Shown in pieces: positions 17,625 through 27,859 of a stretch of DNA of 47,217 nt; position 1 is the first letter of the stretch; each line of letters opens with the position of its first letter. Origin of the DNA: Gemmatimonadota bacterium (GTDB lineage Bacteria > Gemmatimonadota > Gemmatimonadetes > Gemmatimonadales > GWC2-71-9); contig JADFPO010000014.1 of the NCBI GenBank assembly GCA_022562295.1, positions 1 to 47,217 on the forward strand, in the 5' to 3' direction. The position numbers and the translations under genes were made by a program. The notes beneath the pieces were generated by a model. It was given only the letters and a program-made list of their open reading frames with translations. It was not told the DNA's origin and did not search any database.

Positions 17625-17807
17625 TCAAACGTCGTCGACCTCGATTCGCTGTTTACCCGCGTAATAGCCACAGCTGGGGCACACTCGGTGAGGACGGCGA
17701 GGATCGCCGCAACGGGGGCACGCCTGACACGCGATCACCTGCGCCTTGTGATGCGTGCGACGCTTGAGCTTTCGACTCTTCGAGGTTCTTCTCTTGGGAA
17801 CAGCCAT
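17625..17807 (-). CDS. rpmF: 50S ribosomal protein L32
   Basis: MAVPKRRTSKSRKLKRRTHHK ... CPRCG ... CPSCGYY, 60 aa. Confidence 0.92.
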   Translation of the reverse strand: MAVPKRRTSKSRKLKRRTHHKAQVIACQACPRCGDPRRPHRVCPSCGYYAGKQRIEVDDV

Positions 17808-17813
17808 CGTTAT

Positions 17814-18320
17814 CTACCCGTCTAATCCTGTTTTCAACGCATCCAGAGCCTGCCACCGAGGATCGGTGGCCGGCTTGCAGTCACACGGTTCGACGTTGAG
17901 GTCAGCGCCACACGACGGGCACAGGCCTTTGCAATCCTCCCGGCACACCAAGTAGTCCGGCATTGCCAGAATCAGCTCTTCCCGCACGGCGTCGTGCAAC
18001 TCCAACACATGCATCCCTTCGGGCACCACATATTCCGACGGGTCGTCGGAGTCTTGGTCCTCGGTGAAGACCACGTCGACTGCGGCGGTGATCGGGAGCG
18101 AGGCCGGGCTCAGGCATCGCCGACAGACCGCGTTGACCGTGGTCACGATCTTCCCGTGCCAATAGAACCGGCCCACGGTCGCACTGGTCAGACGCCCGCT
18201 GACAACGACCGGCTCGCCCAAGTCGAAGGCGAGGTCCCGAAACAGCGGATCGTCCGCAGCCAGCGTGCCCGAAATATCGACCGGACGTCGCTCGAGGGCA
18301 CCGATATCCACCTGCAGCAT
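17814..18320 (-). CDS. yceD: YceD/DUF177-family protein
   Basis: Conserved position upstream of rpmF. CRRCL ... CKGLCPSCG Cys pairs are typical of DUF177. Confidence 0.8.
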   Translation of the reverse strand: MLQVDIGALERRPVDISGTLAADDPLFRDLAFDLGEPVVVSGRLTSATVGRFYWHGKIVTTVNAVCRRCLSPASLPITAAVDVVFTEDQDSDDPSEYVVPEGMHVLELHDAVREELILAMPDYLVCREDCKGLCPSCGADLNVEPCDCKPATDPRWQALDALKTGLDG

Positions 18321-18365
18321 AGCCGGTAAATCTATTCGTACGTATAACTTGGGTCAACGTGGACG

Positions 18366-18788
18366 TTACCCGCGATTCCGCCGAATTTCGGCCTCCGAAA
18401 AGAAGAAAGCGATCTCCCGAGCCGCGTTCTCTGGGGAATCAGACGCATGAATCGCGTTTCGTTCCTTAGATTCGGCGAAGAGCTTGCGGACCGTACCTTC
18501 CGCCGCCTCCGCCGGATCCGTCGCGCCGATGACGGTCCGAAGACGATCCACGGCGTCATCGCGTTCGAGAGCGACCGGAATGCAGGGGCCGGAGGTCATG
18601 AACGAGACGAGGGAATCGAAGAAGGGGCGCTCCCGATGGACTTCGTAAAACGCCCTTGCCTCCACTTCGGTCAAACGCACCATCTTGACTCCGCAAACCG
18701 CAAAACCGTCGGCTTCGAGATGAGCGAGGATGCTGCCGGCGCGGCCGGCTTGAAGCGCGTCGGGTTTCACGATCGCAAGGGTGAGCAT
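18366..18788 (-). CDS. ndk: nucleoside diphosphate kinase
   Basis: TLAIVKPDA, FYEVHRERPFF, NAIHASDS (active-site His), 140 aa. Confidence 0.92.
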   Translation of the reverse strand: MLTLAIVKPDALQAGRAGSILAHLEADGFAVCGVKMVRLTEVEARAFYEVHRERPFFDSLVSFMTSGPCIPVALERDDAVDRLRTVIGATDPAEAAEGTVRKLFAESKERNAIHASDSPENAAREIAFFFSEAEIRRNRG

Positions 18789-18802
18789 GTACGGGCCGTC
18801 GG

Positions 18803-19708
18803 TTAGGGTCCAAAGAGAAGACGCACGATACCTCCTCGGCTCAGCATGCCGACCAGCACACCCTCCCGGACAACTGGAAACTGGTCGGAGTCCTTGTCTA
18901 CCATCAGACTCGCAACATCAGCCAGGGTTTGGTCCTCCGAGACGCACAGGACACTTCGATCCATCACGTCCCGCACGGGCACCGACGCAGGATCGAACGA
19001 TTCACCGGCGTTTTCCACCTCGTCCGACTGCGGTTCGCTCCCGCTAACCTGCTTGAGATAATGGGGCAGTGCGCGGCGCAACAAATCTTGATTGCGGACC
19101 ATGCCCAGCACCTCACCGTCATCGGTCGCCACGGGAATCGACCGCAGATGGTGCCGCGTCATCACGCGAGCCGCTTCGGCCAAGGTGGTCTCGGGGTGTA
19201 CGAAACGCGGCCGCCGACGCATCACGTCGCCGACGAACACGGAACTGGGGAGTTCGACCTTCATGAGCTCGGGGATATTCTGCACATCGTCGGCGCTCTC
19301 GGAGGCGAGCACCGCATCTGAAACTTCCTGTTGACTCAACACGCGTGCAAACGCCGTCACTGCCTGGAGGACCGTGGAGGTCTCTTTTTGGGGTGCAGCC
19401 ACCAACACGACGATACGGGCCGACTGATCCGATTCTTGCTCGAGACGCATCGGCTCCGGTGCGACGCCCAGCGCAGCGCTCACCGAATCAACCGACGCCG
19501 ACCGGACCTGTAAAATAAATGCTTCACCACCGACTTTCACCGCCTCTTCCGCGGGCGTCTCATTCACCAGCGCAACCAGCTTCGATGCGTCGGAAGCTTG
19601 GCCCGTCTCGACGAACGAGCCGATCAACTGCTCCGCCGCATCGTGAAGCGTCTTGGCGGGAAGGGGAATGACGATCCTCTCGGGGGCCAACAAATCACGT
19701 AGGTTCAC
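18803..19708 (-). CDS. PTS-EIIA(type 2)-like domain fused to a CBS-domain pair
   Basis: The N-terminal ~150 aa resemble a PtsN/EIIA-2 fold (LLAPERIVIPLPAKTLHDAAEQL...). The C-terminal half has two CBS-like repeats (VGDVMRRRPRFVHPETTL..., VRDVMDRSVLCVSEDQTL...). Confidence 0.6.
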   Translation of the reverse strand: MNLRDLLAPERIVIPLPAKTLHDAAEQLIGSFVETGQASDASKLVALVNETPAEEAVKVGGEAFILQVRSASVDSVSAALGVAPEPMRLEQESDQSARIVVLVAAPQKETSTVLQAVTAFARVLSQQEVSDAVLASESADDVQNIPELMKVELPSSVFVGDVMRRRPRFVHPETTLAEAARVMTRHHLRSIPVATDDGEVLGMVRNQDLLRRALPHYLKQVSGSEPQSDEVENAGESFDPASVPVRDVMDRSVLCVSEDQTLADVASLMVDKDSDQFPVVREGVLVGMLSRGGIVRLLFGP

Positions 19709-19711
19709 TGG

Positions 19712-20581
19712 CTAAATGCGCTCCTCGAGAAGGGGTACGACGTCCGCCGGCCTCTTCATGACCGCGATGCCGGCTTTGTCGAACGCCGCCATTTTTTCAG
19801 CGGCCGTTCCACTGGAGCCGGAGATGATCGCCCCCGCATGTCCCATGCGTCGACCCGGCGGCGCGGTTTGGCCGGCGATGAACCCAACCACTGGCTTGGT
19901 GACATGGTCCGTCACATATTGTGCGGCATTTTGCTCGTCCGTCCCTCCGATTTCCCCGATCATCACGATGGCCTTGGTGTCTGAATCTGCCTCGAATGCG
20001 GCCAGACAGTCAATGAAATTCGTGCCGATGATGGGGTCGCCTCCGATGCCGATACAGCTCGTTTGCCCGAAACCTCGTCTCGAGAGCTGATGGATGATCT
20101 CGTACGTGAGGGTGCCACTGCGTGACACGACACCGATGTGACCCTCCCGGCAAATGTCTCCTGGAATAATCCCGACCTTGGAGCGGCCCGGTGAAATCGC
20201 TCCGGGACAGTTCGGTCCGATAAGGCGGGTCCCACGCTCGCGCAGGTACGGTATCACCTTGGTCATCTCCAACACGGGCACGCCTTCCGTTACGCACACG
20301 ATCAACTCCATGCCGGCGTCGGCCGCCTCATACATGGCGTCCGCCGCAAATCGGGCCGGCACGTAGATGACGCTCGTATTCGCTCCAGTTTCCTGTATGG
20401 CGTCCGCGACGGTATTGAAGACCGGGACCGTGTCTTCAAACCGTTGCCCGCCCTTGCCCGGCGTCACTCCGGCAACCACGTGTGTGCCATATTCCATCAT
20501 CTGACGGGCATGGAACGATCCGTCTCGCCCGGTAATGCCCTGCACAACGAGCTTCGTACCCGCGTCGACGAATACGCTCAT
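19712..20581 (-). CDS. sucD: succinyl-CoA synthetase alpha subunit
   Basis: [27 protein letters not shown] and GHAGAI (phosphohistidine loop). Confidence 0.93.
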   Translation of the reverse strand: MSVFVDAGTKLVVQGITGRDGSFHARQMMEYGTHVVAGVTPGKGGQRFEDTVPVFNTVADAIQETGANTSVIYVPARFAADAMYEAADAGMELIVCVTEGVPVLEMTKVIPYLRERGTRLIGPNCPGAISPGRSKVGIIPGDICREGHIGVVSRSGTLTYEIIHQLSRRGFGQTSCIGIGGDPIIGTNFIDCLAAFEADSDTKAIVMIGEIGGTDEQNAAQYVTDHVTKPVVGFIAGQTAPPGRRMGHAGAIISGSSGTAAEKMAAFDKAGIAVMKRPADVVPLLEERI

Positions 20582-21717
20582 GCCGCCTCCTGCGCGAGCT
20601 GCACGGCCTTCTGCACCGCTTCGTCCATGTCAGTCAGCGCACTGAAGCCCGCTCCCTCGAGTATCTCGACCGCCAGTTCTTCGTTCGTCCCCGTCAGTCG
20701 AATCACGATGGGCAGGTCGAAGGCAAGCTGTTTCGTGGCCGTTACGATCCCGTTGGCAACATCGTCACACCGCGTGATGCCACCGAAGATATTGAACAGA
20801 ATACTCTTGACGTTGGAATCGGCACTGATGATCTCGAGCGCGGTCACGACTTTGTCGGGATTGCTGCTCCCGCCAATGTCCAAGAAGTTGGCGGGATCTC
20901 CACCGTAAAACTTCACGAGATCCATGGTCGCCATCGCCAGACCAGCACCATTCACGCAGCAGGCGACGTTTCCCTCGAGCTGGATGAACGAGAGCCCGGC
21001 TTCCCGAGCCGCGACCTCCGATGCAGCCTCCGCCGAAACATCGCGCAGATCGGCTATGTCGGGTTTGCGATCCAACTCGTTGTCGTCGACGGCTATTTTC
21101 GCGTCCAACGCGACGACGTTGCCCGTGTCATCGGTAATGAGAGGGTTGATTTCCGCCAGCGACGCGCCCGCGTCAATGAACGCCGCGTAGAGTTGCTGCA
21201 AGATCACCGCGGCTTGCCGAACCTGTTTGATATCCGGATAGAGGCGAAACGCCGCGGCGGTGGCCTGGTGCGCGAGCAGCCCGAAACGCGGGTCGATGGT
21301 CGATTTGAAGATCTTCTCCGGCGTTGTGGCGGCCACCTCCTCGATGTCCACTCCACCCTCGGGACTCACCATGAGCACAGGGCGCTGGGACTCGCGATCG
21401 ACGATGATCCCTACGTAACTCTCCGACGCGATGTCCACCGCGGGGGCGACCAGCACCTTCTCGACCGTCAGGGACTTGATAGTCATGCCCAGGATCTGCT
21501 CGGCAACCGCTCGTGCTTCGCCGGGATCGGCGGCCAACTTCACCCCACCGGCCTTTCCCCGGCCGCCGGTGTGCACTTGAGCTTTCACCACGACTCCTGT
21601 TCCGATGGCGCGCGCAATTCGTTCGACCTCATCGGGCGTGGACGCGACGTCACCGTCAGGAACCGGGATCCCCGCCTCCTTGAGCAGGGCGCGTGCTTGA
21701 TATTCGTGAAGATTCAC
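20578..21717 (-). CDS. sucC: succinyl-CoA synthetase beta subunit
   Basis: MNLHEYQA..., [18 protein letters not shown] and [11 protein letters not shown] start overlaps the upstream stop (GTGA). Confidence 0.93.
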   Translation of the reverse strand: MNLHEYQARALLKEAGIPVPDGDVASTPDEVERIARAIGTGVVVKAQVHTGGRGKAGGVKLAADPGEARAVAEQILGMTIKSLTVEKVLVAPAVDIASESYVGIIVDRESQRPVLMVSPEGGVDIEEVAATTPEKIFKSTIDPRFGLLAHQATAAAFRLYPDIKQVRQAAVILQQLYAAFIDAGASLAEINPLITDDTGNVVALDAKIAVDDNELDRKPDIADLRDVSAEAASEVAAREAGLSFIQLEGNVACCVNGAGLAMATMDLVKFYGGDPANFLDIGGSSNPDKVVTALEIISADSNVKSILFNIFGGITRCDDVANGIVTATKQLAFDLPIVIRLTGTNEELAVEILEGAGFSALTDMDEAVQKAVQLAQEAA

Positions 21718-22670
21718 TCACTGTCTCCGAAAATTGATGTTCCAGTCTCGCCCTCGAGCGCAGGCATACCCTCCGCCAAGTGCGCGATCACCGCGCGGCG
21801 CCCGCCCAGTTCGACGAACTTGATCGCTGCCTCTAACTTCGGCACCATGCTGCCTCTCCCCAACGACTCTGTACGCAACAAAGTATGCGCTTCCGACACG
21901 GTCATACGGCGAATGGGGCGCGCGTGTTCGGTCCCCCAGTCATGATGAACCGCGGCTACGTCCGTGAGGATTAGCAGGGTGTCGGCTCCCAAGCGAGCCC
22001 CGAGAATAGCCGCGGTACGGTCTTTGTCTACCACCGCATCCACACCCTCGAAGCCCACGCCTGGGTCGTCATACACTGGCGTGCCGCCACCTCCCGCAGC
22101 CACCACGATTTTTCCTTCATCCACCAACTGCTTGACCGCCTCGGCTTCGACGACATCAACGGGATTCGGGCTGGGCGCCAGCCTGCGCAGCCGTCCCGCT
22201 GCATCCTTCCCCACATGATCGCCGCGCGCACGCAAGGCGTCGGCGAGCGACTCGTCAATGGCCATGCCGATCGGCTTCGTCGGATCGTGCAGCGACGGGT
22301 CGTCACGGGCGACCAGCGTTTGTGTGATGACCGTGAGTACCTGCCGATCTACTCCCGCCTTCCGGAGAGCGTTCTGCAAGGACTGCTGAACCATGTACCC
22401 CATCCAGCCGGCCGTCCCTGCAACGAGAACGCCGAGCGGAAGGGGCTCCACCTGATCCATGGCGCACTCGTTTCGGCGTAGCGCGTTCCCCACCTGTGGT
22501 CCGTTCCCATGTACGATGGCGATCCGCCATCCGGCCTCGGCGAGCGTGACAACCACTTCCAGTGACTCGCGGGTGTGGCGAAACTGATCGTGAACCGTCA
22601 CGGTTTCGCCGACCGGAGCGAGCGCGTTACCGCCGAGCGCCACCACAATCGTATCGGACATCGGTTTCAC
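21714..22670 (-). CDS. arcC: carbamate kinase
   Basis: IVVALGGNAL, IVHGNGPQVGN and amino-acid-kinase fold motifs, 318 aa. Confidence 0.8.
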   Translation of the reverse strand: MKPMSDTIVVALGGNALAPVGETVTVHDQFRHTRESLEVVVTLAEAGWRIAIVHGNGPQVGNALRRNECAMDQVEPLPLGVLVAGTAGWMGYMVQQSLQNALRKAGVDRQVLTVITQTLVARDDPSLHDPTKPIGMAIDESLADALRARGDHVGKDAAGRLRRLAPSPNPVDVVEAEAVKQLVDEGKIVVAAGGGGTPVYDDPGVGFEGVDAVVDKDRTAAILGARLGADTLLILTDVAAVHHDWGTEHARPIRRMTVSEAHTLLRTESLGRGSMVPKLEAAIKFVELGGRRAVIAHLAEGMPALEGETGTSIFGDSE

Positions 22671-22714
22671 GGGGCTGTCAAGGTAAGAGCGTGCTCCATC
22701 CGGATCAACCCGGA

Positions 22715-25348
22715 CTACCGGTCCGGCTGTCGCGCACCGGTGAGGAGACGTCGCAGCTCTCCGTAAGCGCGTCCGAACGCAGACCAGTCACCCGATTGAC
22801 GGGCTTCGTCGAGTCGCTCGAACCATCTTCGTGCCGCTGCCCAGTCGCTAAATACCGTAACCGCGGACTGATCCGTCAGGAGTGCTGCTTGCAACGCATC
22901 ATCGAACGTCGGGCCTTCGCCCACGGCGCCGGCCCACTCCACCGCCACGCTCACCAACTCGGGAGCCTTGTCTGGATCGTCGAGATTGTCGTACGCGGTT
23001 TGGACACTCAACATTCCCCCCGCGACACGAACCGTTTTCAGCGGACCGGCGACCCCGACGTCCACGCCGCGCCTGGCGACGAACCGCCCGACCGTTTGAT
23101 CCGGCCCGGGAAAATTCCACGATCGATCGAAGCGTTGGACGGTGACCACGAGCCCTTGATCGGTCACGGTACCCTCCATCAAACCGGTGAGCCTCAGAGG
23201 CTCTCCGGTTTGCAGGGTCGCCTGGAGTCGAAGCCGGGTCGTGGAATCGCCGGGAGCCGGTCCCAGCCACCAAAACGGCTCGATGCCGAGGCCGCCGGAA
23301 CCGACCGGTGGGCGGAGCCGACCAAAAAACCCAGGGCGCCGGGAGGTCGTGGGCGCACGCAACAGGCGGAGTTGATTCCGAAACAATCCCTCGGGATACC
23401 GCAAATGACGCCGCAGCGCCTCAGGGAGCTCACTCCACGACACTACGACATCGGGTGCGATGCCGGCCCACGCTCTGCTCAGCGGATCGGCGTTCGGCAG
23501 GAGATACACCGTAGTCTCGCCCGTAGCCGCCTCCACAACACCGACCAACCCAGCGCGCAAGTATCCCACTGCGGTCCCTCGCCACTCCACCCGTGGTACG
23601 AGAGGGAACGTGTTCGACGCAACGTACCCGAACGCGGTCCAGAATAGCCGACCGTCGACCACGGCGGGATGCGCCGCTCCAAAATCGGCGAACGGCGCCA
23701 CCGCCTCCAGTCGGTCGCCCACCGATCGATCCCACAGCACAACCGACGTTCGACTCACCGCCGGCGAGGTCACGAGTTGAGAGCTTTGCAGTTTCCACGC
23801 GAGTGCAACACGCCGTGGAAATCCGCCGAGAGACACCCCGTGGGCCAACCCTTCGGGCACCACGGCAAACTCTTCGGTTGTCGCACCAAACAGCAACAAG
23901 GAGTCATGTAGCGCGACGTCGACGGCATTGGGTACCACCGAGCCGGGCCGGCTCAAGTCGGGGACGAACAACGGATACCCTCGGTCCGACACCAAGTCAG
24001 CCCTTACCGCAACAACTCCCTTGGCGCTGCGATAGGGCTCGAGATGGATGCGCTCCCACGAAAACGCCGGGTCCACATCCCTCGCCTTGTTCAGATTCAC
24101 CTCTCGCACGCCAATGATAACTGGCACGTCCCGGCCGTCCGACACGCGGTAGCGGCCCACTGAGGCCGCTCCGAAATCCAGATACGGTTTCTCCCGCTCG
24201 AGCCGATTCAGCAACAGGTTTACGGCGAACTCATCCCACAGCATCGGTGCGTCGACGTCCGAGGGAGCGAGATGCGGCGGCACGGTCGGACGCGGGAGTG
24301 GAGAGCGAGTTTCCGCGGTTGGGGCCACGCCGTAGGCGTACCGCATGAAATCCGCTGCAGCGGCGGTGAGGATTTCCGACCGCAGTTCTTCGTCGGTGCG
24401 CACTCCCGCTGCCACAGCTGGGACGAGATAATGGCCCACGAAAGACAGCACGCCGAGGGCGCCCCAGCTAAATGCTATCACGGACATCCGCGCATACCGG
24501 ATCCACAAGAGCGACCCGGCGCAGGTCATCAGCCCCACGGCTCCGAGCAACCGGGCTGTCGGAAGTCGCACGTCGATCAACACGGAGTCGTACGGTACGT
24601 TGTGAACGCCTGCGAGATACTCGGCTGGTTCCAGGCGGTATCCCCAAACCAACGCCAGCGCGAAAATGGCCAACAGCGCCCCTAGGTGGCGCCTGGCCCC
24701 ATCGGTGACCTGCACGCCGCGTTTGACTGCCCGCACCGCCCCGACGGCCATGTACAAGATCAACGAAACACCGAACATGATCGCGGCCAGAAGCGTGGCA
24801 TAACCATGTATGATGCGCTTCCACGGAAGCGCAAACAGGTAGTAGGATGCGTCACGCTGCAATACCGGATCGCTCAGGCCAAGCGACGTACCCGCATTCG
24901 CAAGTGCGCGCGGGTACCACCACCCCCACGCCTCGAAGCTCATCGCAAACGCCAGAATCAGACCGAATATGACTAGACCGATCGAGACATAGTGGCGAGG
25001 TATGGCTTCGGTAATCTCGATGTTGCCTAAGCGGCGAGGAATGTGCACCGACCCGATAGACCGGTGCACCACGAAGAGATTGCCCATGCACCAAACCGCG
25101 GCGCTGATGAGTGCCGCCAAGAACAGTAGCGTACGAAGCCGGGCAATCGATCCGTGCGTCTCGGCAACACCGAGCGATTCGGCCCACAACCGGTCTGCCG
25201 TCCCGACGGCCCACCACCGACCCAGCAGGAGCGCCACGAGAGCCGCGGCAATGATGATCGGAACGAGCCACCTGCGAGGCGTGAAGCGTCTCTTCGCGTC
25301 GGACCGCGCTTCTCGTTCGATCGGTATCTCGTCTCTCCGCCCGGTCAA
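22715..25348 (-). CDS. UPF0182-family large membrane protein
   Basis: 877 aa. N-terminal third has about 7 TM helices and the C-terminal domain is large. LRYPEGLFRNQ resembles the RYPEDLF signature I recall for UPF0182. Confidence 0.65.
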   Translation of the reverse strand: MTGRRDEIPIEREARSDAKRRFTPRRWLVPIIIAAALVALLLGRWWAVGTADRLWAESLGVAETHGSIARLRTLLFLAALISAAVWCMGNLFVVHRSIGSVHIPRRLGNIEITEAIPRHYVSIGLVIFGLILAFAMSFEAWGWWYPRALANAGTSLGLSDPVLQRDASYYLFALPWKRIIHGYATLLAAIMFGVSLILYMAVGAVRAVKRGVQVTDGARRHLGALLAIFALALVWGYRLEPAEYLAGVHNVPYDSVLIDVRLPTARLLGAVGLMTCAGSLLWIRYARMSVIAFSWGALGVLSFVGHYLVPAVAAGVRTDEELRSEILTAAAADFMRYAYGVAPTAETRSPLPRPTVPPHLAPSDVDAPMLWDEFAVNLLLNRLEREKPYLDFGAASVGRYRVSDGRDVPVIIGVREVNLNKARDVDPAFSWERIHLEPYRSAKGVVAVRADLVSDRGYPLFVPDLSRPGSVVPNAVDVALHDSLLLFGATTEEFAVVPEGLAHGVSLGGFPRRVALAWKLQSSQLVTSPAVSRTSVVLWDRSVGDRLEAVAPFADFGAAHPAVVDGRLFWTAFGYVASNTFPLVPRVEWRGTAVGYLRAGLVGVVEAATGETTVYLLPNADPLSRAWAGIAPDVVVSWSELPEALRRHLRYPEGLFRNQLRLLRAPTTSRRPGFFGRLRPPVGSGGLGIEPFWWLGPAPGDSTTRLRLQATLQTGEPLRLTGLMEGTVTDQGLVVTVQRFDRSWNFPGPDQTVGRFVARRGVDVGVAGPLKTVRVAGGMLSVQTAYDNLDDPDKAPELVSVAVEWAGAVGEGPTFDDALQAALLTDQSAVTVFSDWAAARRWFERLDEARQSGDWSAFGRAYGELRRLLTGARQPDR

Positions 25349-26196
25349 TCCGGAAACCCGAGGGTGCCGGCCGCCGCGGCGTTGAGCAGGAATGCCAAGC
25401 GTACTCCGGCGCGTTGGAGTTGAATCCTCGAGATTTCTACCGCGCGATCGTAGTACGCCGGATCGATTTCACCACCCGCGGGAAGCTGGTAGACAAATTC
25501 TTCGTCGAGCCGGTATGCCTCGTTCGTCCAGCCCAGCACGTCGAAATTCCCCCACGACGCCGCTTGGCGTTGGGTGATGCCGCGGTCGAGTTCGAGTACA
25601 CTTCCCGGCCAGGTGATTCCTGCATGGCACAAGAACGTGATATCCCATACGGTGTGCAGCGACAAGTTCCGCCTCACACAATCTGACGCGAATTCCAACT
25701 CCACGTCGATCGAGTTGCCACCGCGATCTTCGAGGCGCCCCACGTGCATCGGCTGATGCAAATCGCCCACGAAGTGGCCCAGAAATCTCAACGCTTCCGC
25801 GCGTGTTGCTCCGGTTTGCGACCGATCCTGCAAAGCAATCGCGTAATGACGAATGGCCCAGGGGAGGCACCGTGTCGTGTGGCCGCAGTCGCGCTCCATG
25901 TCCACACCACGCCTGCCCGTCGGAACATTGATGTAATGGTACGTTCGCGTATGACGGTGCGTCGTGTATCGCACCGCGTCAGCCCAGGTGCAGGAATCAG
26001 CAAACGTTTCGCTCGGATCGTGCCGCCGCAGGTCGGACACGAGTTGCCGGCCATCGGGATCGAGGCGTCGCCACGCGATCTCACACACGATCTTGTGACC
26101 CTCCCGACCCCACCGCGCGTTTTCTGCCGGAGCACTCAGCACGATCGCTGTCGCAGCCGGAACCAACAAGCTCACACACCAGCGTTCACCCAGCAT
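25345..26196 (-). CDS. S1/P1-family zinc nuclease (secreted)
   Basis: Signal peptide followed by WGREGH (mature N-terminal Trp), HYINVP and HFVGDLHQPMH metal-ligand motifs. Confidence 0.85.
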   Translation of the reverse strand: MLGERWCVSLLVPAATAIVLSAPAENARWGREGHKIVCEIAWRRLDPDGRQLVSDLRRHDPSETFADSCTWADAVRYTTHRHTRTYHYINVPTGRRGVDMERDCGHTTRCLPWAIRHYAIALQDRSQTGATRAEALRFLGHFVGDLHQPMHVGRLEDRGGNSIDVELEFASDCVRRNLSLHTVWDITFLCHAGITWPGSVLELDRGITQRQAASWGNFDVLGWTNEAYRLDEEFVYQLPAGGEIDPAYYDRAVEISRIQLQRAGVRLAFLLNAAAAGTLGFPD

Positions 26197-26782
26197 GAGA
26201 CTCCAGAAATCCCTGTAGACGTCGCTTCACTTGCGGCCACTCGTCCCTCAAGATGCTGAAGTATACGCTGTGCCGTAGCCGGCCGTCGGGCTGTACCATG
26301 TGATTGCGCAGCGTACCCTCTTCCACTGCACCTAATCGAGCGATCGCCGCTCTGGATCTCTCGTTTAGCGAGTCGGTCTTGAACTCCACCCGATTACATC
26401 CCAGCTGCTCGAACGCATACCGCAGCATCAACAATTTGCACTCGGTGTTGACTGCCGATCGCTGAAGCCTTGGCGTGATCCATGTATATCCGATCTCCAG
26501 TCGCTTGTGGGACGGCTCGAGATTCCAAAACCCGGTGGACCCCACGATCTCGCCCGTAGCCTTGGTACTCGTGGCGAACGCGAGTCCGGCGCCCTCCTCC
26601 GCAAGTTGCACCGCCCAAGCAATTGTCTCGCGCATCTGTGCTTCCGACCCGATCACACTCGGCATAAAACGCCACAATTCGGGATGGCTGCCGGCCTTCC
26701 ACAGGGCAGGTGTGTGCTCGAGGTTCACTGGCTGGAGACGCACATGCTCGCCTTCCAGCTCTACGGGTTCAATCCAAGGCAT
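26186..26782 (-). CDS. GNAT-family N-acetyltransferase (RimJ/RimL-like)
   Basis: ATG 26782 is preceded by GGAGG. VRLQPV..., GFWNLEPSHKRLEIGYTW and RYAFEQLGCNRVEF patterns. Confidence 0.75.
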   Translation of the reverse strand: MPWIEPVELEGEHVRLQPVNLEHTPALWKAGSHPELWRFMPSVIGSEAQMRETIAWAVQLAEEGAGLAFATSTKATGEIVGSTGFWNLEPSHKRLEIGYTWITPRLQRSAVNTECKLLMLRYAFEQLGCNRVEFKTDSLNERSRAAIARLGAVEEGTLRNHMVQPDGRLRHSVYFSILRDEWPQVKRRLQGFLESHAG

Positions 26783-26943
26783 GATGCCTCCATTCTGAAG
26801 AGGCTGTTGGCAACCGATCCCGAAGGACGCGGTCTGGCACTCTAGAGTATCGCTCTGAGGTTCCAGGTTCCAGATCGCGGGTAACAGGTTGTAGGTTTCG
26901 GGTCGCGCCTCTGAAGGCACGCGACACCCGAACTAGACGTTCC

Positions 26944-27858
26944 ATGAGACCACTCTTCACGCTGGCGATCATTGCGATGCTCGCCGCAGATCCCGCATGG
27001 GCCCAGAGCCTTCGGAACGGTCCAATCGTTCTGGAGCTCCCGGCCAGTACGAGGGCCCTCGCCCTGGGAGGCGCTTTCGTACTCGCCGGTAACGATCCCG
27101 ACGCCATCTTTTACAACCCCGCTCTGTTGCGGCAGACGGGCGGCGCAGGAATCGCCGTGCAGCGCTACGGCTCGGCAAGCACGTTGGGTACGGTGTCGAT
27201 GGGGAGAGACTGGTCGACCGGTGGGCTCGCCATCGGCGTCCAGGTGCTGGCCTATCGAGCAAGCGCCTTTGATCCCACGATAGTATCGTCGGACGAGGCG
27301 ATGCTGCTTCAGCCCGGTCTCATCGGGGGCTCGGATCTCGTGGCGTCGCTAGCCTACGCCAGGACCATCAAGGGGATTCACGCAGGTGTTTCCACCAAAA
27401 TCATAGAACAACGGCTCGGCGCAGCGCGCGACGCGACCGCAGCGTTGGATCTGGGGTTGGCAAAGGACATCGGTGATGTAACGATCGGTCTGGCCGTGCA
27501 GAACCTCGGGCCGGGTTTGGACATCGACGTTTCCAGCCTTCCCCTACCACAACGGATCACCCTCGGTGCCTCACTCCAAAGTCAACAGGTAGGGCCGCTC
27601 GACCTCGTGGTGACGGCGGCCGTGTCTCGCCGGCGCGATGCGCAAATCGTCCCGGCGAGTGGAGTGGAGATCGCATATTGGCCTATCCGAGGACGCACCT
27701 TTATCGGCCGGGTGGGGATCCGACGCGTTCCAAACGGCGGCGCGAGCGCAATCAGTTTCGGGGCGGCGTTCACCGGCGACGCGATTACAGTGGAGTACGC
27801 GTTCCAAGAGTTCGACGGGTCGGGCGCCGCTCATCGGGTTGGATTGCGCTGGCGATAA
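26944..27858 (+). CDS. outer-membrane beta-barrel protein, PorV/PorQ-like
   Basis: Signal peptide MRPLFTLAIIAMLAADPAWA. STRALALGGAFVLAGNDPDAIFYNPALL resembles the PorV/PorQ N-terminal motif. Alternating beta-strand pattern and C-terminal aromatic ...GLRWR. Confidence 0.45.
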   Translation: MRPLFTLAIIAMLAADPAWAQSLRNGPIVLELPASTRALALGGAFVLAGNDPDAIFYNPALLRQTGGAGIAVQRYGSASTLGTVSMGRDWSTGGLAIGVQVLAYRASAFDPTIVSSDEAMLLQPGLIGGSDLVASLAYARTIKGIHAGVSTKIIEQRLGAARDATAALDLGLAKDIGDVTIGLAVQNLGPGLDIDVSSLPLPQRITLGASLQSQQVGPLDLVVTAAVSRRRDAQIVPASGVEIAYWPIRGRTFIGRVGIRRVPNGGASAISFGAAFTGDAITVEYAFQEFDGSGAAHRVGLRWR

Positions 27859-27859
27859 T

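Noticed and set aside
17486-17671. 61-aa ORF between rpmF and fabH as a plsX remnant or small protein
   Set aside because: It overlaps the rpmF 3' end and has no similarity to the PlsX pattern. Its composition is arginine-rich and non-protein-like.
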